From: Candidatus Marinacidobacterales bacterium
GTDB taxonomy: Bacteria > Acidobacteriota > Vicinamibacteria > Marinacidobacterales > SMYC01
Assembly (NCBI GenBank): GCA_965224085.1
Contig: CBDCYI010000009.1
Coordinates: 256,001 to 320,000 of the forward strand
Length of the DNA stretch: 64,000 bases
Direction: 5' to 3'
In this document: positions 39,768-48,000 of the stretch, in pieces
How the letters are laid out: every line of letters starts with the position of its first letter
How positions within the stretch are numbered: position 1 is the stretch's first letter
Translations under genes and position numbers: made by a program
The notes under the pieces: model-generated
Databases searched by the model: none
Seen by the model: the letters and a program-made list of their open reading frames with translations, nothing else
What the model was told of the DNA's origin: nothing

Positions 39768-40231
39768 TGATTCGCACGATACAGGAATTCTTCCAACAAC
39801 GCATCATCACCGAACAAACGCCGGTGGTGTCGCTCGAGCGCGCGCTACAACTAGCGACAACCGCGCTCCTGATCGAGATTTCGCGTGCGGACTTCGAAGT
39901 CGCGGACGAGGAGCGTATCGCCATCGAAGAAGCTCTCACGCGTAGCTTTGGGCTCACTGAGGATGAAACACGTGAGATCATCGCCCTTGCCGAGGAGGAA
40001 GTCGACGCCTCGGTCTCGCTCTACGAGTTCACCCGCCTCGTCGATGACAGCTTCACCTACGAGCAGAAGAAACACATCATCGGGCTCTTGTGGCAAATCG
40101 CGTATAGCGACGATCGGCTCGAGGAGCACGAAGAACATCTGATCCGCAAGATCGCCAAGCTACTGCATATCGACCACAGCGACTTCATCGCCGAGAAGCT
40201 CAGGGCAAAGGAAGCCCAGGCGAGGACGTAA
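39767..40231 (+). CDS. TerB-family protein
   Basis: ALLIEISRAD...EERIAI, SLYEFTRLV, LWQIAYSD.RL..HEEHLIRKIAKLL. Confidence 0.88.
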   Translation: MIRTIQEFFQQRIITEQTPVVSLERALQLATTALLIEISRADFEVADEERIAIEEALTRSFGLTEDETREIIALAEEEVDASVSLYEFTRLVDDSFTYEQKKHIIGLLWQIAYSDDRLEEHEEHLIRKIAKLLHIDHSDFIAEKLRAKEAQART

Positions 40232-40264
40232 CGAGCTTTTGAAAACTTGCACAGGAGCTGCTAG

Positions 40265-40427
40265 TAGTCCCCTGGAACAGAGGTTCGTGGCCTAAAGCTC
40301 GAGGTCATTTTGTGGGCTGGAAAGGCGTGACGACGAAGTCATATTGGGATATTTCGAGGAGAAACAACGCAGCCAGCGCGCAAAAGGGCCCGAGATTTAG
40401 GTTACGAATCTCTGTTCCAGGGGACTA
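40265..40427. mobile_element. MITE-like element with ~55-bp imperfect terminal inverted repeats
   Basis: TAGTCCCCTGGAACAGAG ... CTCTGTTCCAGGGGACTA is a perfect 18-bp IR that extends imperfectly to ~55 bp. No ORF; ends are in TAG/CTAG context. Confidence 0.8.
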
Positions 40428-41495
40428 GGCGTTGTGCACGTAGTTCGCGATGTGGTCGCCTACCTCTTCGGTCGAGCGACCTTTGCCTTGAAGCGCTAAA
40501 TCGGACGTCATGTAGCCTTTCCCGAGGGCGGACGCGATGCCGCGCTCGACGGTGCGTGCCTCTTCCTCTAGCTCGAAGGTATAGCGGAGCATCATGGCTA
40601 GCGACGCAATAGCGCCTATCGGATTCGCGAGGCCTTTTCCCACGATATCCGGCGCTGAACCGTGGACGGGCTCGAACAGGCCAACCGCTCCTCCGAGGCT
40701 CGCGGACGGAAGCATGCCGAGCGAGCCGGCGAGCATAGAGGCCTCATCGCTCAAGATGTCTCCGAAAAGATTCGCCGTGAGCAGCACGTCGATGTTGGCC
40801 GGTTTGGCGACGAGCTCCATCGCGGCGCGATCGACGAGCATGTGCTCGAGCGTGACGCCGGGGTAGTCCTTCGCGACCTCGGTAACGACTTCGCGCCACA
40901 GCTTCGACGTCTCGAGCACGTTCGCTTTATCCACCGAGGTCACATGCCGGCGTCTTCGCTTCGCAGCTTCGAACGCGATGCGCGCGACGCGGACGATCTC
41001 CTTCGTATGGTATGTCAGCGTGTTGACCGCCTGCCGATCCTGCCCCAAGCCCGAGATGCCACGAGGCTCGCCAAAGTACAGCCCTCCGGTGAGCTCACGC
41101 ACGATCAGAAGGTCCACGCCCTCGAGCGTTTCTGGCTTAAAGGGTGACGTCGGCGAGACGAATTGCGAGATGACGGGACGCAGATTCGCAAAGCTCTCGA
41201 TCAATCGGCGCAGCTCGAGTAGTGCGAGCTCCGGTCGCTCGTTCGGAGGTAAGTGGTCGTGCCTCGGGTCGCCGACCGCACCGAGAAAAATCGCGGGGGC
41301 GCTCGTGCACGCCTCGCGCGTCTCGTCCGGAAATCCTTTGCCGGCAGCGTCGTAGCCGGCCGAGCCGAACGGATAAGGCGTCGTGTCGCTCTCGTGGCCA
41401 AACTTGGACGCCACCGCGTCCAAGGTCTTCATCGCCTCCGCGACCACTTCGGGGCCAATGCCGTCGCCAGGCAGAACCGTGATCATCAGTTTCAT
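40425..41495 (-). CDS. leuB: 3-isopropylmalate dehydrogenase
   Basis: LPGDGIGPEV, VRELTGGLYFG, VDKANVL, NLFGDILSDEAS, EPVHGSAPDI. Confidence 0.97.
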   Translation of the reverse strand: MKLMITVLPGDGIGPEVVAEAMKTLDAVASKFGHESDTTPYPFGSAGYDAAGKGFPDETREACTSAPAIFLGAVGDPRHDHLPPNERPELALLELRRLIESFANLRPVISQFVSPTSPFKPETLEGVDLLIVRELTGGLYFGEPRGISGLGQDRQAVNTLTYHTKEIVRVARIAFEAAKRRRRHVTSVDKANVLETSKLWREVVTEVAKDYPGVTLEHMLVDRAAMELVAKPANIDVLLTANLFGDILSDEASMLAGSLGMLPSASLGGAVGLFEPVHGSAPDIVGKGLANPIGAIASLAMMLRYTFELEEEARTVERGIASALGKGYMTSDLALQGKGRSTEEVGDHIANYVHNA

Positions 41496-41564
41496 GTGTG
41501 ATCTTTAACACGAAACGTTCGCGCGATTGACGGTAGATGGGAAAAGCTTCGAAAAACTTCCGCT

Positions 41565-41598
41565 AAATGAAGGCGGGGGGCGCCCGAAGGCGCCCCCC
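41565..41598 (-). terminator. GC hairpin with C(UUCG)G loop, probable terminator of the upstream ncRNA
   Basis: Minus strand GGGGGGCGCC-TTCG-GGCGCCCCCC then GCCTTCATTT (weak U tract). Confidence 0.6.
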
Positions 41599-41822
41599 TA
41601 TGATTCCAAAAGAACTGTTGCCAAGGATTATTTATGTGGAGTTGTTTAGGACGAGGTAAATGAAAAAGCAGGATAAAGTTGCGGGTTCGGTCGATGGATG
41701 GATAAGACCCGAGCTATGAGACACAGGCCTTTTGCGGACCCCTAGCGAACTGCTCGTCATGGAATCAACAAAGCGAGATCACTTTTTACTGTCCGATTAA
41801 TACTAATGTCGTGTTTAGGTAC
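41565..41822 (-). ncRNA. Candidate structured small RNA, ~250 nt
   Basis: Bounded by a sigma70 promoter and the UUCG hairpin. 41767-41740 pairs with 41626-41601 using G-U wobbles on the minus strand. AT-rich with no RBS-led ORF. Confidence 0.6.
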
Positions 41823-41826
41823 AGCA

Positions 41827-41856
41827 ATACTATAGGCGGCTTCCCTTTGGTGTCAA
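41827..41856 (-). promoter_or_regulatory. Sigma70-type promoter
   Basis: TTGACA (41856-41851) followed by N16-TATAGT or N18-TAGTAT. Confidence 0.75.
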
Positions 41857-42216
41857 GACGAAAAAGAAGAGGCGGGACCAAACCACGCCCAATTGACTAT
41901 CGATGAACGGTTTATCCGACAGGCGTCATTTCATACCGTAGATTTATGTAGGCGCTAGATCTTCCTTCCAATAATCAGAACCCGACTCAAACGGATGGCG
42001 CTTGATCTTCATTCGGCTTTTCGCGTAGTATTAGTGGCAGAGTTCGGGCTAATGCTAGTCCGGGCACCACAACCGGCACATCCACAACTGAAATCACGAT
42101 TCTCATATCGCGATAGCTATCTATCGAGGGGATGAGGCGACTTTGTCGCTTCGTCGCGCTGCCGCCACCCAACATCGCAAGCGGCAGTGGTTCGAAATGT
42201 CGAAAGGAGCGGAATC

Positions 42217-43032
42217 GTGCAGGAGTTTCTAGTAGCGGTCGTGGCCTTTCCCACGATCGTGTTCACGTTCGGTCTCGCGGTCGCCCTCCTCTACTGGCTC
42301 GTCGTGATCTTCGGCGCGCTCGACCTGGACTTTCTCGACAGCGCGCTCGGTCTCGACAGCATGGATGCCGCTCTCGACGGAGCGCTCGAATCGATCGACG
42401 GGATGGCAGACGGGGCCGTCGAAGGTGTGGTGGAATCGATCGATGGTGCGGTCGACGGCGCGGCGGAAGGCGCAGCGGACGCCGCTGATTCGGGAGATAC
42501 GAGCGACGGGGCCCGGCAGGGCGCCCTTTCCGGGCTCTTGAACATGATGGGTGTTCGCGGCGTTCCCATCACGGTCGTTGCGAGCTTCGTGCTGCTCTGG
42601 GCATGGATTATCAGCATGGTCGGCTCCAAATTGCTGGGCGCGGCGGCGGCGACGTTCCTCGTCGGCGGCTTTCTCACAGGATCATCGGTCCTCGGTTCGT
42701 TGGTCCTTGCGGCGGTCACCGCTCGGCCTTTCCGGAAAATCTTCGTGACACCCTCTGCGCCCAGTCGCGTTTCGCTCGTCGGAAAAATCTGTATCGTGAC
42801 TTCCGCGAAAGTCGACGGTGAGTTCGGCCGCGCCGAGATCGATGACGGCGCGACCGGTTTCGTCGCCGAAGTGCGATGCCCGCAGGACAACCAATTGACA
42901 CGAGGCGCCAACGCGCTCGTGTATCGCTACGACCCGGCCGACGGCGTCTTTTTCATTGGACCCGTCGACGATGCCTTGGCTACAGCATCGAATGTGGTCG
43001 ATTCACAGTCTGGCTCGATAGGGGGAGGATAA
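42217..43032 (+). CDS. YqiJ/NfeD-like membrane protein with C-terminal OB-fold
   Basis: FPTIVFT...YWLVVIFGALDLD, acidic loop, GVPITV, LVGKICIVTS.KVD.EFGRAEIDDG; RBS AAGGAG; abuts the flotillin gene. Confidence 0.8.
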   Translation: MQEFLVAVVAFPTIVFTFGLAVALLYWLVVIFGALDLDFLDSALGLDSMDAALDGALESIDGMADGAVEGVVESIDGAVDGAAEGAADAADSGDTSDGARQGALSGLLNMMGVRGVPITVVASFVLLWAWIISMVGSKLLGAAAATFLVGGFLTGSSVLGSLVLAAVTARPFRKIFVTPSAPSRVSLVGKICIVTSAKVDGEFGRAEIDDGATGFVAEVRCPQDNQLTRGANALVYRYDPADGVFFIGPVDDALATASNVVDSQSGSIGGG

Positions 43033-45081
43033 ATGTATTGGGTAATGGTCATTATCGCCGTCGGCGTGGGCGTGCTCATTCTGGGCATGGGCCTTTTGAT
43101 GCTCATCGCCAAGTTCTATCGCAAGGTAGAACAAGGCAAAGCGCTCGTCGTCAACAAGATGAAGCAAGAGCCTGAAGTCACGTTTACCGGCGCCACGGTG
43201 CTCCCCGTAATCCACAAGGCCGAGGTCATGGATATCTCGGTGAAGACACTCGAGATCGACCGGCGCGCGAAAGACGGACTGATCTGCCGTGACAACATTC
43301 GGGCCGACATCAAAGTCAACTTCTTCGTCCGCGTAAATAAACGCAAGGAAGATGTCATCAGAGTCGCGCAGTCCATCGGCTGCGCCCGCGCCTCATCTCC
43401 CGAAACGCTCGACGAGCTCTTCAGCGCCAAGTTCTCCGAAGCGCTGAAGACGGTCGGCAAGCAGCTCGACTTCGTCGACCTCTACACGAAGCGCGACGAA
43501 TTTCGCGACGCCATCATCCAGATCATCGGGCGCGACTTGAACGGCTACGCGCTCGAGGACGCGGCCATCGACTATCTCGAGCAGACCCCCCTCTCACATC
43601 TCGACCCGCAGAACATCCTCGACGCCCAAGGCATTCGCCGTATTACCGAGCTCACCGCGATCGAGCACATCCAAACGAACGAGTTCGAGAACAACGAGAA
43701 AAAAGCCATCACGAAACAGGACGTCGAGCGCGCAAAAGTCATCCTCGAGCTCGATCGCGAGCATGCGGACGCTGAGTCGAAGCAAAAGCGCGAGATCGAA
43801 TCGGTACGCGCGCGCGAATTGGCCGCGCTCCAGCAAGTCCAGGCGGAAGAGCGGCTCAAGTCCGAAACGGCGCGCATCAAGACGGACGAAGAAGTCCAGG
43901 TCGCCGAGGAGAACAAGAATCGCCAGGTCCAGGTTGCTGCCAAGAACCGCGAGCGCATTATTGGCGTCGAGACCGAGCGGGTCTTGAAAGACCGCCAGCT
44001 CGAACAGGTGGTCCGCGAACGTGAAGTCGAGCTCCAGCGCATCGACAAAGAGAAAGCGCTCGAAGTCGAGCGAAAAGAGATCCAGGACGTTATCCGCGAA
44101 CGCGTCGCTGTCGAGCGCACCGTTGTCGAGGAACAGGAGCGCATCAAAGAGCTCCAGGTCGTCGAGGAGGCCAAGCGCACCAAGCAGGCCACCATCATTA
44201 CGGCCGAGGCCGAAGCGGAAGAAGCCCTCGTCAAGGACATCAAAGCCGCCGAGGCCCAGGAGCAGGCTGCGAAGCACAAAGCCGTCGAGCGCATCACCCT
44301 CGCCGACGCCCAGCTCGAGGCCGCCGACCGCGACGCAAAAGCCAAGATCCGTCTCGCGGAAGGTACCCAGGCGGAAGCCGCAGCCGAAGGGCTCGCGGCC
44401 GCGAGGGTCAAAGAGGCCGACGCCGTCGCCTCCGAGAAGCACGGCCTCGCTGAAGTCCGGGTCCAGGAAGCGCAAGCGGGCGCTATCGAGCAAGTCGGCA
44501 CCGCGGAAGCGACCGTGGTTCGCGAGAAAGGCGTCGCCGAGGCGCACACCATCCAGCAGAAGTTCGGCGCTGAGGCGAAAGGCCTCGCGGAAAAAGCCGA
44601 GGCGATGAAAGCGCTCGACAAAGACAGCCGCCAGCACGAGGAGTACCGCATCCGCCTCGAGAACGAGCGCCTGCTCGGTCTCGAAGCGATCCAAGCGCGC
44701 GAAGCCGTCGCCGCGCACAAAGCCCAGGTCCTCTCCAAAGCGCTCGAGTCGGCGGATATCGACATCGTCGGCGGCGACGGTGTCTTTCTCGACCGCATGG
44801 TGAATTCCATCAGCATGGGCAAGGGCGTCGACGAGCTCGTCGATCAAAGCGACGTCATCTCCGGGCTCGCCAAAGACTATTTCAATGGCGACAAGAACAT
44901 CATCAAAGAGATCCGTCAGATCATGAAGGATTCCGGCATCGACGGAGGCATGCTCAAGGACATCACCATCGGGGCGCTTCTGACGAAGATCGCTACCGAT
45001 ATGGGAGGAGACGATCACGAAAAACTGAAGAAGCTTCAACGGCAAGCCAAAGCCTTGGGCATCGACGACGTTCGGCTATAA
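43033..45081 (+). CDS. Flotillin/SPFH protein (YqiK-like) with long coiled coil
   Basis: N-terminal TM, GLICRDNIRADIKVNFFVRV, NILDAQGIRRI, AEA-rich repeats, IDIVGGD. Confidence 0.92.
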   Translation: MYWVMVIIAVGVGVLILGMGLLMLIAKFYRKVEQGKALVVNKMKQEPEVTFTGATVLPVIHKAEVMDISVKTLEIDRRAKDGLICRDNIRADIKVNFFVRVNKRKEDVIRVAQSIGCARASSPETLDELFSAKFSEALKTVGKQLDFVDLYTKRDEFRDAIIQIIGRDLNGYALEDAAIDYLEQTPLSHLDPQNILDAQGIRRITELTAIEHIQTNEFENNEKKAITKQDVERAKVILELDREHADAESKQKREIESVRARELAALQQVQAEERLKSETARIKTDEEVQVAEENKNRQVQVAAKNRERIIGVETERVLKDRQLEQVVREREVELQRIDKEKALEVERKEIQDVIRERVAVERTVVEEQERIKELQVVEEAKRTKQATIITAEAEAEEALVKDIKAAEAQEQAAKHKAVERITLADAQLEAADRDAKAKIRLAEGTQAEAAAEGLAAARVKEADAVASEKHGLAEVRVQEAQAGAIEQVGTAEATVVREKGVAEAHTIQQKFGAEAKGLAEKAEAMKALDKDSRQHEEYRIRLENERLLGLEAIQAREAVAAHKAQVLSKALESADIDIVGGDGVFLDRMVNSISMGKGVDELVDQSDVISGLAKDYFNGDKNIIKEIRQIMKDSGIDGGMLKDITIGALLTKIATDMGGDDHEKLKKLQRQAKALGIDDVRL

Positions 45082-45099
45082 CGGAAGGCTCACGTAATC

Positions 45100-48000
45100 A
45101 TGAGCACGGACGTACAACAACAACCCGAGATCGAGCGCGGCACTTACGAGATCATCCGGGACCGCTTGCTCGGCCACGGCAAGACACTCGCCGAGAAAGC
45201 CGATGGACTCAACAGGAAACGCCTCGAGATCTTCGGAGGCACCGAGCTCGCGGTCCTGGGCAACGAGCGCATCCGGACCGAGAACAACTGCATCCCGCGC
45301 GACATCAAGGAGGTGGGTAACCACCTCCTGTTCGGCTATAACGTTTTCATCGGCCTCAAGCGCGAGACTCGCGTTGAGGACGTTTTCAGCCTTCACAGCT
45401 ACGAGAAGACGGAGGACGGCTTCGTTTTTCGCAAAGTCGAAAAAAACTCTCCCGACTACTTTCTCTCGGACGTGAAATTTCTAGAGGAGTTCCACGAGCT
45501 CTATCACTATTACAAGAACACCAAGCTCCTCCAGCTGAGACGGGTCAGCGAGAAGCTTCTCGCGGTATTCCAAATTGGCGAGAAGATCGAGGACGTGCGC
45601 GTGTTCCGCTGGGCCATCTCCACCGACGGCGCGGTTACCTATATCGACAACCGCGGCGAGCGCGACCACGTTTTCCCTCGGACCCATGACTTCGAATGGA
45701 CGCTCACAGCGCGTGAAGAGCACGTGCAGGGCCGTCACCCGCACGTCAACATTCTCGACGAAGTTTTCGTCGAGACCGTCGGCGGCGATCTCACGATCAA
45801 GGTCGAGAACAACACCGAAGACGGCCAGGGTATCTATCGCGAGCCGGTGCTCGACGCCGACCAATCTTTGGACGACGCGGAAGTCCACTACGCAGAAGTG
45901 GGCACGCTCATTCTTCTGAAGATGCTCCCCTACCGCGAAACGGATTACCGATATCTCGTCTTCAACACGCGCACCAATCACGTCGATCGCATCGACGCCA
46001 TCGGCCAATCCTGCGTACAGCTTCCCGAGGACCACGGCGTCATCTTTCCGGGCGGCTACTACCTGAAGAGCGGCCACACAAAGTCCTTCGAGCGCGATTT
46101 CCGCGGGATGGAGTTCCTGAGACGTCTGCGCTCCCCGAACGGCGAAGACGTCCTTTACGCGTTTCACGAGCGTGAATCTGGGCGCACGATCCTACTTCCG
46201 TACAACATGATCCGGAAGGAGGTCGACAACCCGCTCAATTGCCACGGCTTCAGCCTCTATCCCGACGGCACGCTCGTCGTGTTCCGCGCTGGCGACGACG
46301 AGCCCAAACGCGTCCATGGGATGCAAGTCTGGCGCACGCCCTTCTTGAGCGAAGAGGCGGTGCAGTCGCGGCCGCCCACCGGCTCGTTCCTCGAGAAAGT
46401 GGGCAATGCCGAGCTCGTGCGCGGCGTCTCCGACTGCTTGAGCATTCGCCGCATGGTCGACGAGCAGGAGCCGACGCGGCAGAAATACGAGGACCTCGTC
46501 GCGGCGGCGGCACGCGTCATCGACAGCTATTACTGGCTCGACAACCCCGAGATTGGAGACCTGCGCGAGCCGCTCCGGAACGTTCACGAGTCCGCCGAGA
46601 GCATCATCGACGAGTTCGAAAAAGTCGAAGCGCTAAGGGCGCAAGCGAGAAGGACTCTCGACGAGGCCGGCGAGAAGGTCCAGGAGATCTTCCGAACCAT
46701 TTATCCCGATTCCTGGACCTCGATCGACCAATATGTCGCCTGTCTCGCGAGCTTACGCTCGGCGCGCGGGCACCTCATTACGCTCCGCGAAACACGCTAT
46801 GTCGATCTCGCCCGAATCGACACGGTCGAAGCGGAGATTGTCGAGCGCTTCGATAATGTCAGCGAGCGCGCCGTCGAGTTTCTTCTGCAAGACGAAGCAC
46901 TACTTCCCTATCAAGAACGCGCGGGCGCGCTCGAGGACGGTGTTCCCGGCCTCTCGAAAGTTACCGAGGCGAACGCCCATCAAGACGCCCTCCAAGAGTT
47001 CGGCGACAGTCTCGATCTCTTGACCGATGTGGTCAGCTCGCTCGAGATCGACGACGCCACGGTCCGCACGCAGATTCTCGGGAACATCTCGGAGATCTTG
47101 GGAAGCCTCAACCGCGTCCGTGCGCTCATCACCAACCGGCGCAAAGAGCTTCTCGGCAAAGAAGGCATCGCTGAGTTCGGCGTGCAATTCCAGCTTTTGA
47201 GCCAAAGCGTAACGAGCGCTCTATCTCTCTCCGACACGCCCGAGAAATGTGACGAACAGCTCTCGAAGCTCATGCTCCAGCTCGAAGATCTGGAAACCCG
47301 TTTCTCCGAGTACGAAGAGTTCACGGACGAGCTCACGACCAAGCGCGAGGAAATCTACGAGGCGTTCAGCTCGAAGAAGCAGTCCCTTGTCGACCGGCGC
47401 CAGCGCCGCGCGCAAAACTTGATGCAGGCCGCCGAGCGTATTCTAGGAAGTGTGACGCGGCGCGCGGAGACGTTCGAGACCGCCGACGACCTGAACGCCT
47501 ATTTCGCTGCTGACGCGATGGTCGCCAAGCTCCGGAGCACGTCAAACAATTTGCGAGAGCTCGGCGACTCTGTCCATGCCGACGAGATCGACGGCCGACT
47601 CAAAGCCGCCAAAGAAGACGCCGCCCGCGGACTTCGCGACCGCCAGGAGATCTACGAGGACGGCGCCAACGTCATCAAGCTCGGCAGGCACCGCTTCAGC
47701 GTCAACACTCAGCCTCTCGAGCTCACCATGGTGCCTCGCGACGACGCCATGGCCTTTCATCTCACCGGCACCGGCTTCTACGAGCAGGTCGACGATGAGA
47801 CCTTCGGAAAAACGCAGGATTTCTGGTCGCAAGAGCTCGTTTCCGAAACGCGTTCAGTCTATCGGGGCGAATATCTGGCCTATTGCGTGCTCGAAGACGC
47901 AGAGCTCGGAGATTCCGAGTTGTCGCTCAAGAAGCTCCTCCAAGCCACCCGCGGCGAAGGGGCGCTTCTGGGCATCATACGCGACTATGCGGCTCTGAGA

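Noticed and set aside
41632-41760. 42-codon minus-strand ORF (MTSSSLG...FFIYLVLNNST) as a leucine attenuator peptide for leuB
   Set aside because: No SD, no run of Leu codons, no clear antiterminator, and it lies inside a long RNA stem. An ncRNA reading fits better, though attenuation is not excluded.
42002-42031. TTGATC-N18-TAGTAT as promoter of the flotillin operon
   Set aside because: Plausible but a weak match 185 bp upstream with no supporting evidence.
43572-45045. Long antisense ORFs (416 and 483 aa) over the flotillin gene, and similar shadows elsewhere
   Set aside because: Expected from GC-rich codon bias on the opposite strand; no motifs or RBS.
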